31,582 nucleotides of DNA. Source: a virus. Taxonomy: Duplodnaviria > Caudoviricetes. The notes under the pieces are model-generated. The model searched no databases, was not told the origin of the DNA, and saw only the letters and a program-made list of their open reading frames with translations. Position numbers and translations under genes: made by a program. This document shows positions 1-8,207 of this stretch, one piece after another (the first letter of the stretch is position 1; every line of letters starts with the position of its first letter). Where the stretch lies: IMG/VR virus record IMGVR_UViG_3300032305_001731, positions 1 through 31,582 of that record, one strand, 5' to 3'.

Positions 1-123
1 GCCGTTTACGAGGCCCATATTGGGCCGCTTGCGCCGGGCCTTGACGTGCATCACCGCGATGATAACCCAGGCAATAACTTGCCTGAGAACTTGGTCGCCC
101 TTACGCGGGCTGAGCACCACGCA
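1..123. repeat. Terminal direct repeat, left copy (assembly overlap of a circular or circularly permuted genome)
   Basis: 1-123 is identical to 31460-31582; both the terL and HNH reading frames run through the junction without a stop. Confidence 0.95.
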
Positions 124-294
124 GAGCACAGGCGTGTCGGTTTTGACGTGTTTGGCCCCGGGAGCACAGGCGTCTGCGTTGTCTGCGGCGCCGAAACTAG
201 AACAGTTCGAGCCGTCCCAGCGCAGTATTGCGGAAATACGTGTGTTGTCCGCGCTATCCGAAAGCGTGCCCGTTTACAACTTGAGTGTGGCTGA
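1..294 (+). CDS. Nested HNH endonuclease, 3' part
   Basis: VHHRDDNPGNNLPENLVALTRAEH is an HNH_3-type core; C-terminal CVVC...YCGNTC resembles a zinc site; TGA at 292-294. Confidence 0.85.
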   Translation, partial: AVYEAHIGPLAPGLDVHHRDDNPGNNLPENLVALTRAEHHAEHRRVGFDVFGPGSTGVCVVCGAETRTVRAVPAQYCGNTCVVRAIRKRARLQLECG

Positions 295-493
295 CGGCTA
301 TTTGCCTGAATATTACGCAAACGGCATTCTTACGCATAATTGCCAGATGACCGCCGGCGGATACGAGGGCGATGGCTCGCCTGACCGGGTGGACGCCATG
401 GTCTGGGGCTTCACGGAACTATTTCCGGCAATCAACCGGGCGAAGGCCAAGCCGCGCGAGCGAGAGCGCGCGCCAGTCAGTTGGATGGGATGA
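2..493 (+). CDS. terL: Terminase large subunit, 3' part (intein C-half plus 50-aa C-extein)
   Basis: In frame with 30009 through the overlap; C-extein CQMTAGGYEGDGSPDRVDAMVW carries the last nuclease Asp motif. Confidence 0.93.
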   Translation, partial: PFTRPILGRLRRALTCITAMITQAITCLRTWSPLRGLSTTQSTGVSVLTCLAPGAQASALSAAPKLEQFEPSQRSIAEIRVLSALSESVPVYNLSVADGYLPEYYANGILTHNCQMTAGGYEGDGSPDRVDAMVWGFTELFPAINRAKAKPRERERAPVSWMG

Positions 494-705
494 TGGCGCC
501 GGCACCGCTGCGCATTGTGCATGCCGGCATTCGCTACGGCGTGACTGCTGACGGCCAGCAGGTGGCGTGGCTGCCCCCGTCCATGTGGGCTGCTGCGGCG
601 GCCCTGGTGCGGCAGATGGACGAGATGAACGCGACGGCCGAGCGCATGCAGATGCTCTACGACGCGGCGGAAAATGCGGCTTTTGCGGAGTTGGCAAAGC
701 CCTAA
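490..705 (+). CDS. Hypothetical protein
   Basis: ATGA overlap with the terL stop; fills the gap before portal. Confidence 0.6.
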   Translation: MMAPAPLRIVHAGIRYGVTADGQQVAWLPPSMWAAAAALVRQMDEMNATAERMQMLYDAAENAAFAELAKP

Positions 706-712
706 CCAGGGA

Positions 713-736
713 CCGGCACGCTGTGAAGCGCCCCGG
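713..736 (+). promoter_or_regulatory. CGCT-GTGA-AGCG hairpin, copy 1 (portal leader)
   Basis: Core CGCTGTGAAGCG at 719-730; same 12-mer at 2694 and 3704. Confidence 0.7.
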
Positions 737-742
737 CATCGC

Positions 743-2665
743 ATGCCTGACAAGATCATTGAGGACGCGCTGGAGCAGTATCGCTTCAGTGCGGAGGGCA
801 GTTCACACATCCGCGAGCTGGCGCTTGAGGACATCAAATTCGCCCGGCTGGGTGAGCAGTGGAAAGACAAGGACCGCCGCGCCCGTGAGGAAGAGGGCCG
901 GCCGTGCCTGACGGTCAACCGGCTGCCGACATTCATCCGCCGCGTGGTGAACGATGCGCGCCAGAACAAGCCCAGCATAAGCGTGCATCCGGTGGACGGC
1001 GGCGCAGATTACGACACGGCGCAGGTGATTGGCGGGCTGATCCGGGCCATTGAGCGCGGCAGCAACGCGGCCCTGGCCTATGACACGGCGATCGACAACG
1101 CGGCCAGCTGCGGGTTTGGGTTTTTCCGCATCACCACGGACTACTGCAACGCTGAGACTTTTGACCAAGAGGCGCGGATCGAGCGGGTTGCCAATCCGTT
1201 CTCGGTGCATTGGGACGTGTCCAGCACGCAGTTTGACGCAAGCGACTGGGGCTTCGCTTTTGTCTCCGACCTGCTGACCGACGACGAGTTTAAGCGCCGC
1301 TACCCTAAGGCCGACCATGCGTCCGACTGGCGCGAGGGCCAGGGCGAGGGGATGGAGGACTGGGTTGACGACGAGCGTGTGCGCGTGGCCGAGTATTGGA
1401 CGCGTGAAGAGCGCAAGCGCAAAATCCTACGCCTGACTGACGGCCGCGTGATGCGTGCGGACCAGATGGACGAGCTGGTGCAGATCGGCCCCGGCTTGGC
1501 GCTGCCGATGAAGGACACGCTGGCGTTTCAGGGGCTGGCGGTTAACGGCGAGCGCGAGGCGGCCTATCATGAGGTGACGCGCCGCGTCATCAACGCGGTT
1601 GAGGTGCTGTCGGAAGAGAAGTGGCCTGGTAGCATGATCCCGATCTGCCCGGTGTGGGGCGAAGAGGTGATTTATCGCGGCAAGCGGCATTTCCGCAGCC
1701 TCATCCGCGATGCGCGCGACAGTCAGGTCATGTTCAACGCCTGGCGCTCGGCCAGCACTGAACTGGTGATGCTGGCGCCGCGCGCGCCCTGGTTGGTGGC
1801 GACCGGCAGCATTCCGCCCGACGAAGTGCTGAAGTGGGAAACGGCCAACACCCGTAACCACGCATATCTTGAGTACGACCCAGCCATGGGGCCGATGCCG
1901 CAGCGCATCCCGTTCTCTGGCGTGCCGGCTGGTGCGCTGCAGGAGGCGCTAAACGCCCAGGACGACATGAAGGCGGTGACTGGCATCTATGACGCGGCGC
2001 TGGGCGCGCGCGGCAATGAGACGAGCGGCCGGGCCATCATGGCGCGGCAGCGCGAGAGCGACACCGGCACGTTCCATTTCATCGACAACATGGCGCGAGC
2101 CATCCAATACGCCGGCCGGGTGCTGATTGAGATTATCCCGAGCATCTACAGCGAGCGCCAGACCATCCAAATCCTGGGCGACGACGAGAAGCAGCGGGTG
2201 GAGCGGGTGACCGCGGCTGTGGGCTCGCCGCCGAGCGCCGAGGACCCGGACGGCAAAATCTACAATTTGGCCGCCGGCAAGTACGATGTAACGGTCAAGG
2301 TGGGGCCGAACTACCAGACGCAGCGCGAAGAGAGCGTGGCGGCCATGTCGGAGCTGATGCGGGCCTATCCGCCGGCAGCCGAGGCGCTGGGTGATCTGGT
2401 CGTGCAGAATATGGACTGGCCGGGCGCCGACAAGGCATCCGAGCGCATCCAGGTGCTGCAGTTTGCCAAGGGTATGGAGATGGGCCTGCCCTATCAGGTG
2501 CTGGCCGATCTGATGCCGCAAGCCGCGCGGAAATTCCCGCAGCCACAGCCTCCGCAGCCGCAAGGGCCGCCAGGGATGCCGCCGGGCATGATGCCACAGC
2601 CAATGCAGGGGATGCCGCTAGGCATGCCCCCAGAAATGCCGCCTGCGCCTATGCCGCAGGGGTAA
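743..2665 (+). CDS. Portal protein (P22 gp1-like)
   Basis: Follows terL; motifs GEQW, RPCLTVNRL..VVN..RQN, GNETSGRAIMARQ; ATG at 743 preferred over 674; Pro/Met/Gly-rich tail. Confidence 0.9.
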   Translation: MPDKIIEDALEQYRFSAEGSSHIRELALEDIKFARLGEQWKDKDRRAREEEGRPCLTVNRLPTFIRRVVNDARQNKPSISVHPVDGGADYDTAQVIGGLIRAIERGSNAALAYDTAIDNAASCGFGFFRITTDYCNAETFDQEARIERVANPFSVHWDVSSTQFDASDWGFAFVSDLLTDDEFKRRYPKADHASDWREGQGEGMEDWVDDERVRVAEYWTREERKRKILRLTDGRVMRADQMDELVQIGPGLALPMKDTLAFQGLAVNGEREAAYHEVTRRVINAVEVLSEEKWPGSMIPICPVWGEEVIYRGKRHFRSLIRDARDSQVMFNAWRSASTELVMLAPRAPWLVATGSIPPDEVLKWETANTRNHAYLEYDPAMGPMPQRIPFSGVPAGALQEALNAQDDMKAVTGIYDAALGARGNETSGRAIMARQRESDTGTFHFIDNMARAIQYAGRVLIEIIPSIYSERQTIQILGDDEKQRVERVTAAVGSPPSAEDPDGKIYNLAAGKYDVTVKVGPNYQTQREESVAAMSELMRAYPPAAEALGDLVVQNMDWPGADKASERIQVLQFAKGMEMGLPYQVLADLMPQAARKFPQPQPPQPQGPPGMPPGMMPQPMQGMPLGMPPEMPPAPMPQG

Positions 2666-2692
2666 CGACACGTCCGCACACGCGGGCGCGCA

Positions 2693-2706
2693 GCGCTGTG
2701 AAGCGC
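2693..2706 (+). promoter_or_regulatory. GCGCT-GTGA-AGCGC hairpin, copy 2 (scaffold leader)
   Basis: Intergenic; followed by a second GC hairpin with a GCAA loop. Confidence 0.65.
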
Positions 2707-2755
2707 CGCTTTCTCAGCGCCGGGGGCAACCCCGGCCCGATAGACCGGAATAAAT

Positions 2756-3670
2756 ATGTCAGAGACCATCGAGACCGCTGGGCAACCAGGAACGGTTGAC
2801 GAGGACCTGCGCGACGTAGCGGCACCCGCTTACGGCATGCAGGACGATGGCGCGGAAGGCGCCGACGAGCAGGACGAGGCCAAGCCGGAAGAGATCGAAG
2901 AGATCGAACTTTCGTTTGGCGCGAAAACGCTCAAAGTGGCGAAGAGCGCCATTCCTGACGATGTTCGCGCGGAGTTGGAAGACTTCACGCGGAATATTCA
3001 GGGTGACTACACCCGCAAAACACAGGAAGTCGCCGAGCAGCGCAAAGAGGTGGAAGCACAGCGCGAGCTGTATTCCAAACTCCAAACGCTGGGCGGTGAG
3101 GCTAGGACTGCGTTTTATGCGGGCGAGGCTCTACTGAAAGAGCTTCAGCAGCTTGAGCAGATCGACTTGCGCCAGTTGCGGCAGTCCAACCCGGACCAAG
3201 CCCGCTGGATCAGTGACGAGATTGCCATCAAGCGCGGTGAGTTTAACCGCCAGGTCAATGCAGTTTCGCATTACGAACAAGCCATGACCGCAGAAGAGCA
3301 GCGCGCAGTCGCCACGCTCGCGGAAGCCGGCCGGGCGCGTATTGCCAAAACTGTGCGGGGATTTGACCAGGCCGCAGAGCGCCAAATGATCGAATATGCG
3401 GTGAAGGCCGGCATAAGCGAGCAGGACGCGCAGAAGTGGCCGCTCAATCCAATTACGGCCGAGTTCGCTTGGAAGGCAATGCAGTACGACAAGCTGCAAG
3501 CATCCACCAAGGCCGCAACTGCGGCAAAGCCCAATGCTGCTCCCTCGGCTCCGGTTCGTGCCGTCAGCGGGAAGTCAACCGGCGCTTCGGTCAAGTCTCC
3601 CGAGCAGATGAGCGACGACGAGTATTATCGTTGGGAGATGTCCAAAACCGTCAAGGCGATGCGCCGCTGA
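2756..3670 (+). CDS. Scaffolding protein
   Basis: Between portal and coat; acidic N-terminus, DYTRKTQEVAEQRK coiled coil, C-terminal MSDDEY motif. Confidence 0.8.
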   Translation: MSETIETAGQPGTVDEDLRDVAAPAYGMQDDGAEGADEQDEAKPEEIEEIELSFGAKTLKVAKSAIPDDVRAELEDFTRNIQGDYTRKTQEVAEQRKEVEAQRELYSKLQTLGGEARTAFYAGEALLKELQQLEQIDLRQLRQSNPDQARWISDEIAIKRGEFNRQVNAVSHYEQAMTAEEQRAVATLAEAGRARIAKTVRGFDQAAERQMIEYAVKAGISEQDAQKWPLNPITAEFAWKAMQYDKLQASTKAATAAKPNAAPSAPVRAVSGKSTGASVKSPEQMSDDEYYRWEMSKTVKAMRR

Positions 3671-3698
3671 GAGCGGGCCGCCTGACATAGAAAGGGAA

Positions 3699-3720
3699 CG
3701 GAGCGCTGTGAAGCGCCCCG
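3699..3720 (+). promoter_or_regulatory. CGG-A-GCGCT-GTGA-AGCGC-C-CCG hairpin, copy 3 (coat leader)
   Basis: The 17-mer CGCTGTGAAGCGCCCCG is identical to copy 1. Confidence 0.7.
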
Positions 3721-3729
3721 CGTAAACGC

Positions 3730-4914
3730 ATGTCGAATACACTGCTCACTGTTGACAAGATCACGCGCAAGGCGCTCGTGGTCCTGCACCAGAACCTAAA
3801 CTTCATTGGCAACATCGACCGTCAATATGACAGCTCGTTTGCCAATGCTGGCGCGCAGATCGGTGACACCCTGCGCATCCGCCTGCCGAACCAGTACACG
3901 GTTCGCACCGGCTCCACCTGGTCCGCGCCGGCGATCACCGAGCAGTCGGTGAGCCTGCAGGTCAACCGCTACCGCGGTGTGGACATGAACTTCTCCGATC
4001 AGGACCTGACCCTGAAGGTGGAAGACTTCACCGAGCGCCACATCAAGCCCGCCATGGCGGTGCTGGCCTCGCACATTGAGAACGATGCGCTCTCGATGTG
4101 CAACAGCGTCTATCAGGCGGTGAACAACGTGGGCACGGCCATCGGCACCCGCAACGTGAACCTGGCCGGCAAGGCGCTGACTGACTCGCTGGCGCCGCCC
4201 AGCGACCGCAACATCATCCTGAACACAACTGACCGCGTGGATTTCCTGGAAGCCACCAAGGGTCTGTTTCAGGATAGCACGGCGATCAAGCAGCAATACC
4301 GTGAGGGCATGATCGGCCGCATGGGTGGTTTTGACTTCTACGAAAACACGCTGATCCCGACCGCCACGACCGGCACCGCCGCATCGGCAACCACCTACAC
4401 GGTGAACGGTGCGTCTCAGACCGGCGCCGCCATCACTGTCGCTACCGGCTCCACCACCTTTGCCGTGGGCGACGTGATCACCTTCGCCGGCTGCAACCGC
4501 GTCCATCCTGAGACCAAGACCGACACGGGCAGCCTGCAGCAGTTTGTCATCACCACGGCCTATGCCGGCGGCGCTGGCAACCTGGCCATCTCGCCTTCCA
4601 TCGTGACTTCTGGCGCCCGCCAGAACGTTTCTGCCAGCCCGACCAATGGCGGCGCGGTGGTGAAGGTGGGCGGCGCCTCGGCCGTCTACAAACCGAGCCT
4701 GGCGTTCCACAAGGATGCGTTCACCTTCGCCACGGCCGACCTGCCGATGCCCAAGGGCACCGACATGGCCTACCGCAGCGTGATGGACGGCATTTCCATG
4801 CGCATGATCCGGGACTTTGACAGCGTCAACGCGCGCTACATCACCCGCCTGGACGTGCTGTATGGCTATGTGGCGCAGCGCCCCGAGCTGGCCTGCCGCA
4901 TCCTCTCGAACTAA
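3730..4914 (+). CDS. Major capsid protein (P22 coat-like)
   Basis: MSNTLLT..ITR.AL..L, IGDTLRIRLP, C-terminal RLDVLYG...RPELACR; strongly biased codons. Confidence 0.92.
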   Translation: MSNTLLTVDKITRKALVVLHQNLNFIGNIDRQYDSSFANAGAQIGDTLRIRLPNQYTVRTGSTWSAPAITEQSVSLQVNRYRGVDMNFSDQDLTLKVEDFTERHIKPAMAVLASHIENDALSMCNSVYQAVNNVGTAIGTRNVNLAGKALTDSLAPPSDRNIILNTTDRVDFLEATKGLFQDSTAIKQQYREGMIGRMGGFDFYENTLIPTATTGTAASATTYTVNGASQTGAAITVATGSTTFAVGDVITFAGCNRVHPETKTDTGSLQQFVITTAYAGGAGNLAISPSIVTSGARQNVSASPTNGGAVVKVGGASAVYKPSLAFHKDAFTFATADLPMPKGTDMAYRSVMDGISMRMIRDFDSVNARYITRLDVLYGYVAQRPELACRILSN

Positions 4915-4926
4915 GGGGGCGCGGAC

Positions 4927-5265
4927 ATGGCAGTTTCAACCATTGGCGGCAATATCCTTGCCGCTGGCGTGTTTACCATAAGCATCGACGTGGCGTCTGT
5001 TGCGGCCAATATTTCGGCAGAGCAGACGTTTACCGCGCCAGGGGTTCTCCCTGGCGATATGGTGTTTGTGAACACGCCGTCTGTCGGCACCGCAACCTTG
5101 AACGCGGGCCTGGGCGTGACCGGCGCCCGTGTGACGGCGGCCAACACTATCGGCCTGCGGTTTATGAACAGCACGGCCGGCGCGCTCGATCCATCGGCGG
5201 CGGCTGCTTACACCGTTTTCGTGGTTCGCCCCGAAAGCGGCACGCTTACGGGCTTCGCGCCCTAG
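4927..5265 (+). CDS. Probable head decoration/cement protein
   Basis: Small beta-rich Ala/Thr/Val protein directly after coat and before a terminator. Confidence 0.55.
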   Translation: MAVSTIGGNILAAGVFTISIDVASVAANISAEQTFTAPGVLPGDMVFVNTPSVGTATLNAGLGVTGARVTAANTIGLRFMNSTAGALDPSAAAAYTVFVVRPESGTLTGFAP

Positions 5266-5271
5266 TCGGCT

Positions 5272-5300
5272 GGGCGGGGGTTTCGGCCCCCGCTCTTTTC
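5272..5300 (+). terminator. Rho-independent terminator
   Basis: GGGCGGGGGT-TTCG-GCCCCCGCTC followed by TTTT. Confidence 0.75.
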
Positions 5301-5313
5301 CTTGGAGGATCAA

Positions 5314-5526
5314 ATGCCGCACATTGAATTTCCTAAAGTGCTGTATCTGCGCGGCTGGGACGATCTGGCCGCCTGCGTCACCGTGCAGGATGCCGGGCAG
5401 GAGCAGGAAGCCCGCGCCCAGGGCTACAGGGGCCTTGCTGAGCCTGTTGTGATGCCAGAGGCGGGCGAGGATGCCCCGGACGCGCCTAAGCGCCGCGGGC
5501 GGACTGCAAAGGCGGTTGAGGCGTGA
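5314..5526 (+). CDS. Hypothetical virion-module protein
   Basis: GGAGG SD before ATG 5314; basic KRRGR tail. Confidence 0.65.
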   Translation: MPHIEFPKVLYLRGWDDLAACVTVQDAGQEQEARAQGYRGLAEPVVMPEAGEDAPDAPKRRGRTAKAVEA

Positions 5527-6251
5527 GTTTGCTCACGATAGCGCAGGCGGTGGCCGACGACATCGGCCTGGACGTGCGCCCGATCTTGGTTGTGGGCAGT
5601 TCTGACGTGGACGCGCAGCGCATGCTGCGGATGGCTGGCCGCGTGTGTTCCGACCTTGCCACGCGCGCGCCATGGCAGGCGCTGCGGCGCGAGGTGACGT
5701 TCACGACCGTGGCGGCCGAGGTGCAGCCTGGCATCTTCCCGGCTGACTTCCACCGCATGTCGCCGGAAACGCTGTGGGACCGGACCAACAACATTTTCAT
5801 CTCGGGCCAGATGAGCCCGACCGAATATCAATCACGCAGGAACGCGCCGCTGTCCACGGGATATGCCGGGCCGATGCGGTGGTTTACCCGGCGCGATGAT
5901 GCGCTGCTGCTGTGGCCTGCGCCGCCGGCCGGCCTGACGGTTTCTTTTGAATATCAGAGCCTGGCGTTCTGCCGCTCAGCGGCCGGCGTGGATCAGACTG
6001 CGTGGGCGGCTGACACCGATCTTTCCAACTTGTCGGAAGAGCTGGTGACGCTGGGGCTGATCGCGCGTTTTCTAGAGGCGGACGGCCAGCCCTGGCAATC
6101 GGCCAGGGCTGAGTTTGAAAAGCGCTTGACGCGGGAAATGCGGGCCGACCGCAACGCGCCGCGCATCCTGATGGTGAGCGACATTTTCGGCGGATCGCGG
6201 CGCTTTAGCGGCGAGCCTGGGCCGGATGGCAATATCGGGTACTACTACTGA
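5523..6251 (+). CDS. Head-tail adaptor / tail tubular protein A-like
   Basis: Position, size and LLLWPAP..G.TVSFEY motif typical of podovirus adaptors. Confidence 0.65.
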   Translation: MSLLTIAQAVADDIGLDVRPILVVGSSDVDAQRMLRMAGRVCSDLATRAPWQALRREVTFTTVAAEVQPGIFPADFHRMSPETLWDRTNNIFISGQMSPTEYQSRRNAPLSTGYAGPMRWFTRRDDALLLWPAPPAGLTVSFEYQSLAFCRSAAGVDQTAWAADTDLSNLSEELVTLGLIARFLEADGQPWQSARAEFEKRLTREMRADRNAPRILMVSDIFGGSRRFSGEPGPDGNIGYYY

Positions 6252-7759
6252 TGGCGGACGTTCGCGCGGCCTCTCTGCCGGCCCCTGTGGGTGGGTGGGA
6301 CGTTCTCAACGCCATTGCGGACATGCCGCCCGAGAATGCTGTGCGCCTGGATAACTGGTTTTGCGAGCCTGATCGGGTGGAAACGCGCGGCGGCTACACC
6401 AGCCATGTCACCGGCTTTACGGACACGGTGGACACACTGCTGCCGTATCGGCCGCCAAGCGGTGGCGACAAGCTGCTGGCCGCGTCGGGCGGGGCTATCT
6501 ATGACGCCACAACGGCGGGCGCTGTCGGGGCCGCTCTGGCAACCGGCTACACCTCGGCGCGGTGGCAATATGTGCAGGTGACGACCTCCGGCGGCCATTT
6601 CATGCTGATGGTCAACGGCGTCAACGCGGCGCAGAGATATGATGGCAGCGCGTTCACCGCAGCCTCCATCACCGGTCCAACGTCAGCAAATCTTGCCTGG
6701 ATCAGCCTGCACCAGCGGCGGGTTTGGTTGGGCGAGCGCAATTCGCTTGTGGCATGGTATCTGGCGCCAAACGCAATTGCCGGCGCGGCCGTGCAGTTTG
6801 ACCTGACCAGCGTGGCGACCCTGGGCGGCTTTATTCAGACGATGGCCACATGGTCACGCGACGGCGGCGCGGGCGCTGATGACACGGCGGTGTTCATCAC
6901 TAGCGAGGGCGAGGCGCTGATTTACGCCGGCACTGACCCAAGCAGCGCCAGCACCTGGGGCCTGCAGGGTGTGTTCCGCATTGGCCGGCCGTTGGGGCGG
7001 CGATGCGCAATCAAATTTGGCGCTGACCTCTGCGTGTTCACTGAGGATGGGATCATCCTGCTGTCGCAGATTTTGCCGGTGGACGCATCGCAGCGCAGCG
7101 CGGCGGCGATTTCCCGCCAGATCAATGCGGCGGTGACGGCAGCGGCGCGGGAATACGGCAGTTCGTTCGGCTGGGAGCCTTTCCTGTATCCCGCGCGCAA
7201 CATGGCGATCTTCAACGTGCCGGCCGCTTATGGGGCGTTTGACCAGTTCGTGTTTAACACGATCACGCGCGGGCCTTCGCGGTTTACAGGCGTGCCGGCG
7301 CGCTGCTGGGGGCTGCTGGGTGGCCTGCCGTATTTCGGCTCTACCAATAGCGTCTGCCTATTTGACAACGGCTCTACAGACAATGGCGCCACGATTAACG
7401 CGGTGGCGGTACAGGCGCCCAATGCGTTTGGATCGCGGCCTTTGAAGAAGATGTTTCGCCGGGTGCAGCCGATCCTGCGCGCGGCCGGTGCGCCATCGTT
7501 TGGCGTGGATATTGCGCTAGATTACCGCACCTTCGCAGCGTTGCCTGGCGTAGTGGCTGTCGATGTTGGTGACCCGCTTTGGGATGGCGGGCGCTGGGAT
7601 AGTGCGACTTGGCTGGAACTGCTGGTGATTGACGAGATGCGCGGCGTGCGTGGCATTGGCCGCACTGGCGCTGTGCGCCTGGTGGTGGATACCGGGGCGG
7701 CCGGCCGGGTGGCCTGGGTGGGCACTAATGTCCTGTATGTGCCGGGCGGGCTGCTGTAG
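6251..7759 (+). CDS. Tail nozzle / head-stabilisation protein (P22 gp10-like)
   Basis: 502 aa, beta-rich, begins LPAPVGGW...NAVRLDNW; synteny. Confidence 0.7.
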   Translation: MADVRAASLPAPVGGWDVLNAIADMPPENAVRLDNWFCEPDRVETRGGYTSHVTGFTDTVDTLLPYRPPSGGDKLLAASGGAIYDATTAGAVGAALATGYTSARWQYVQVTTSGGHFMLMVNGVNAAQRYDGSAFTAASITGPTSANLAWISLHQRRVWLGERNSLVAWYLAPNAIAGAAVQFDLTSVATLGGFIQTMATWSRDGGAGADDTAVFITSEGEALIYAGTDPSSASTWGLQGVFRIGRPLGRRCAIKFGADLCVFTEDGIILLSQILPVDASQRSAAAISRQINAAVTAAAREYGSSFGWEPFLYPARNMAIFNVPAAYGAFDQFVFNTITRGPSRFTGVPARCWGLLGGLPYFGSTNSVCLFDNGSTDNGATINAVAVQAPNAFGSRPLKKMFRRVQPILRAAGAPSFGVDIALDYRTFAALPGVVAVDVGDPLWDGGRWDSATWLELLVIDEMRGVRGIGRTGAVRLVVDTGAAGRVAWVGTNVLYVPGGLL

Positions 7760-8202
7760 TGCTGGTATTTGCTCGCACGCCAGACGAGCAGGCTGCGGTT
7801 GCTGCGTGGGCGGCTGAGCGCATTGACGCGGTGCGTGGCGGTGATTTCGGGCCATGTCAGGCGGTGGCCGTGGTGCAGGGCGGCAAGATGGTCGCTGCCG
7901 CAGTGTTTCATGACTGGCAAGAGCAGGCCCGAACGTTGCAGTTGAGCATGGCGGCGGGAAGCCCGCGCTGGGCGACGGCTGACACGCTGCGCGGGTTGTT
8001 CCGATACGCCTTTGTGACGGCCGGAGCGCACAAGCTGTGGACTGCAACGCCGCACACCAACGCGCGCGCGCTGCGGTTCAACCTCGGCGTCGGCATGAAG
8101 CAAGAGGCGATGCTGCGTCATCATTTTGGCCCCAAGTCGCATGCGGCAATTTGTTCAATGATCGCAGCCGAGTGGCAGCGGTCCAAATGGTCCAAGGAGT
8201 GA
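7759..8202 (+). CDS. GNAT-fold virion assembly protein (P22 gp14 position)
   Basis: LFRYAF...N.RALRFN..VG.KQE..LR, a GNAT-like pattern. Confidence 0.7.
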   Translation: MLVFARTPDEQAAVAAWAAERIDAVRGGDFGPCQAVAVVQGGKMVAAAVFHDWQEQARTLQLSMAAGSPRWATADTLRGLFRYAFVTAGAHKLWTATPHTNARALRFNLGVGMKQEAMLRHHFGPKSHAAICSMIAAEWQRSKWSKE

Positions 8203-8207
8203 TTTAG

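Larger units (their letters stand above)
1..340 (+). mobile_element. Intein in TerL, C-terminal part
   Basis: Block F VPVYNLSV, block G YYANGILTHN ending at 340, followed by +1 Cys at 341. Confidence 0.93.

Noticed and set aside
1-123. 123-bp repeat as biological terminal repeats
   Set aside because: It falls in the middle of the intein/HNH coding sequence, as expected for an assembler overlap on a circular contig
674-742. Upstream extension of the portal ORF
   Set aside because: It overlaps the preceding gene and the conserved hairpin; ATG 743 fits better
3796-4710. 304-aa minus-strand ORF (likewise 11077-11991 and 27420-28424)
   Set aside because: Antisense shadows of well-supported plus-strand genes
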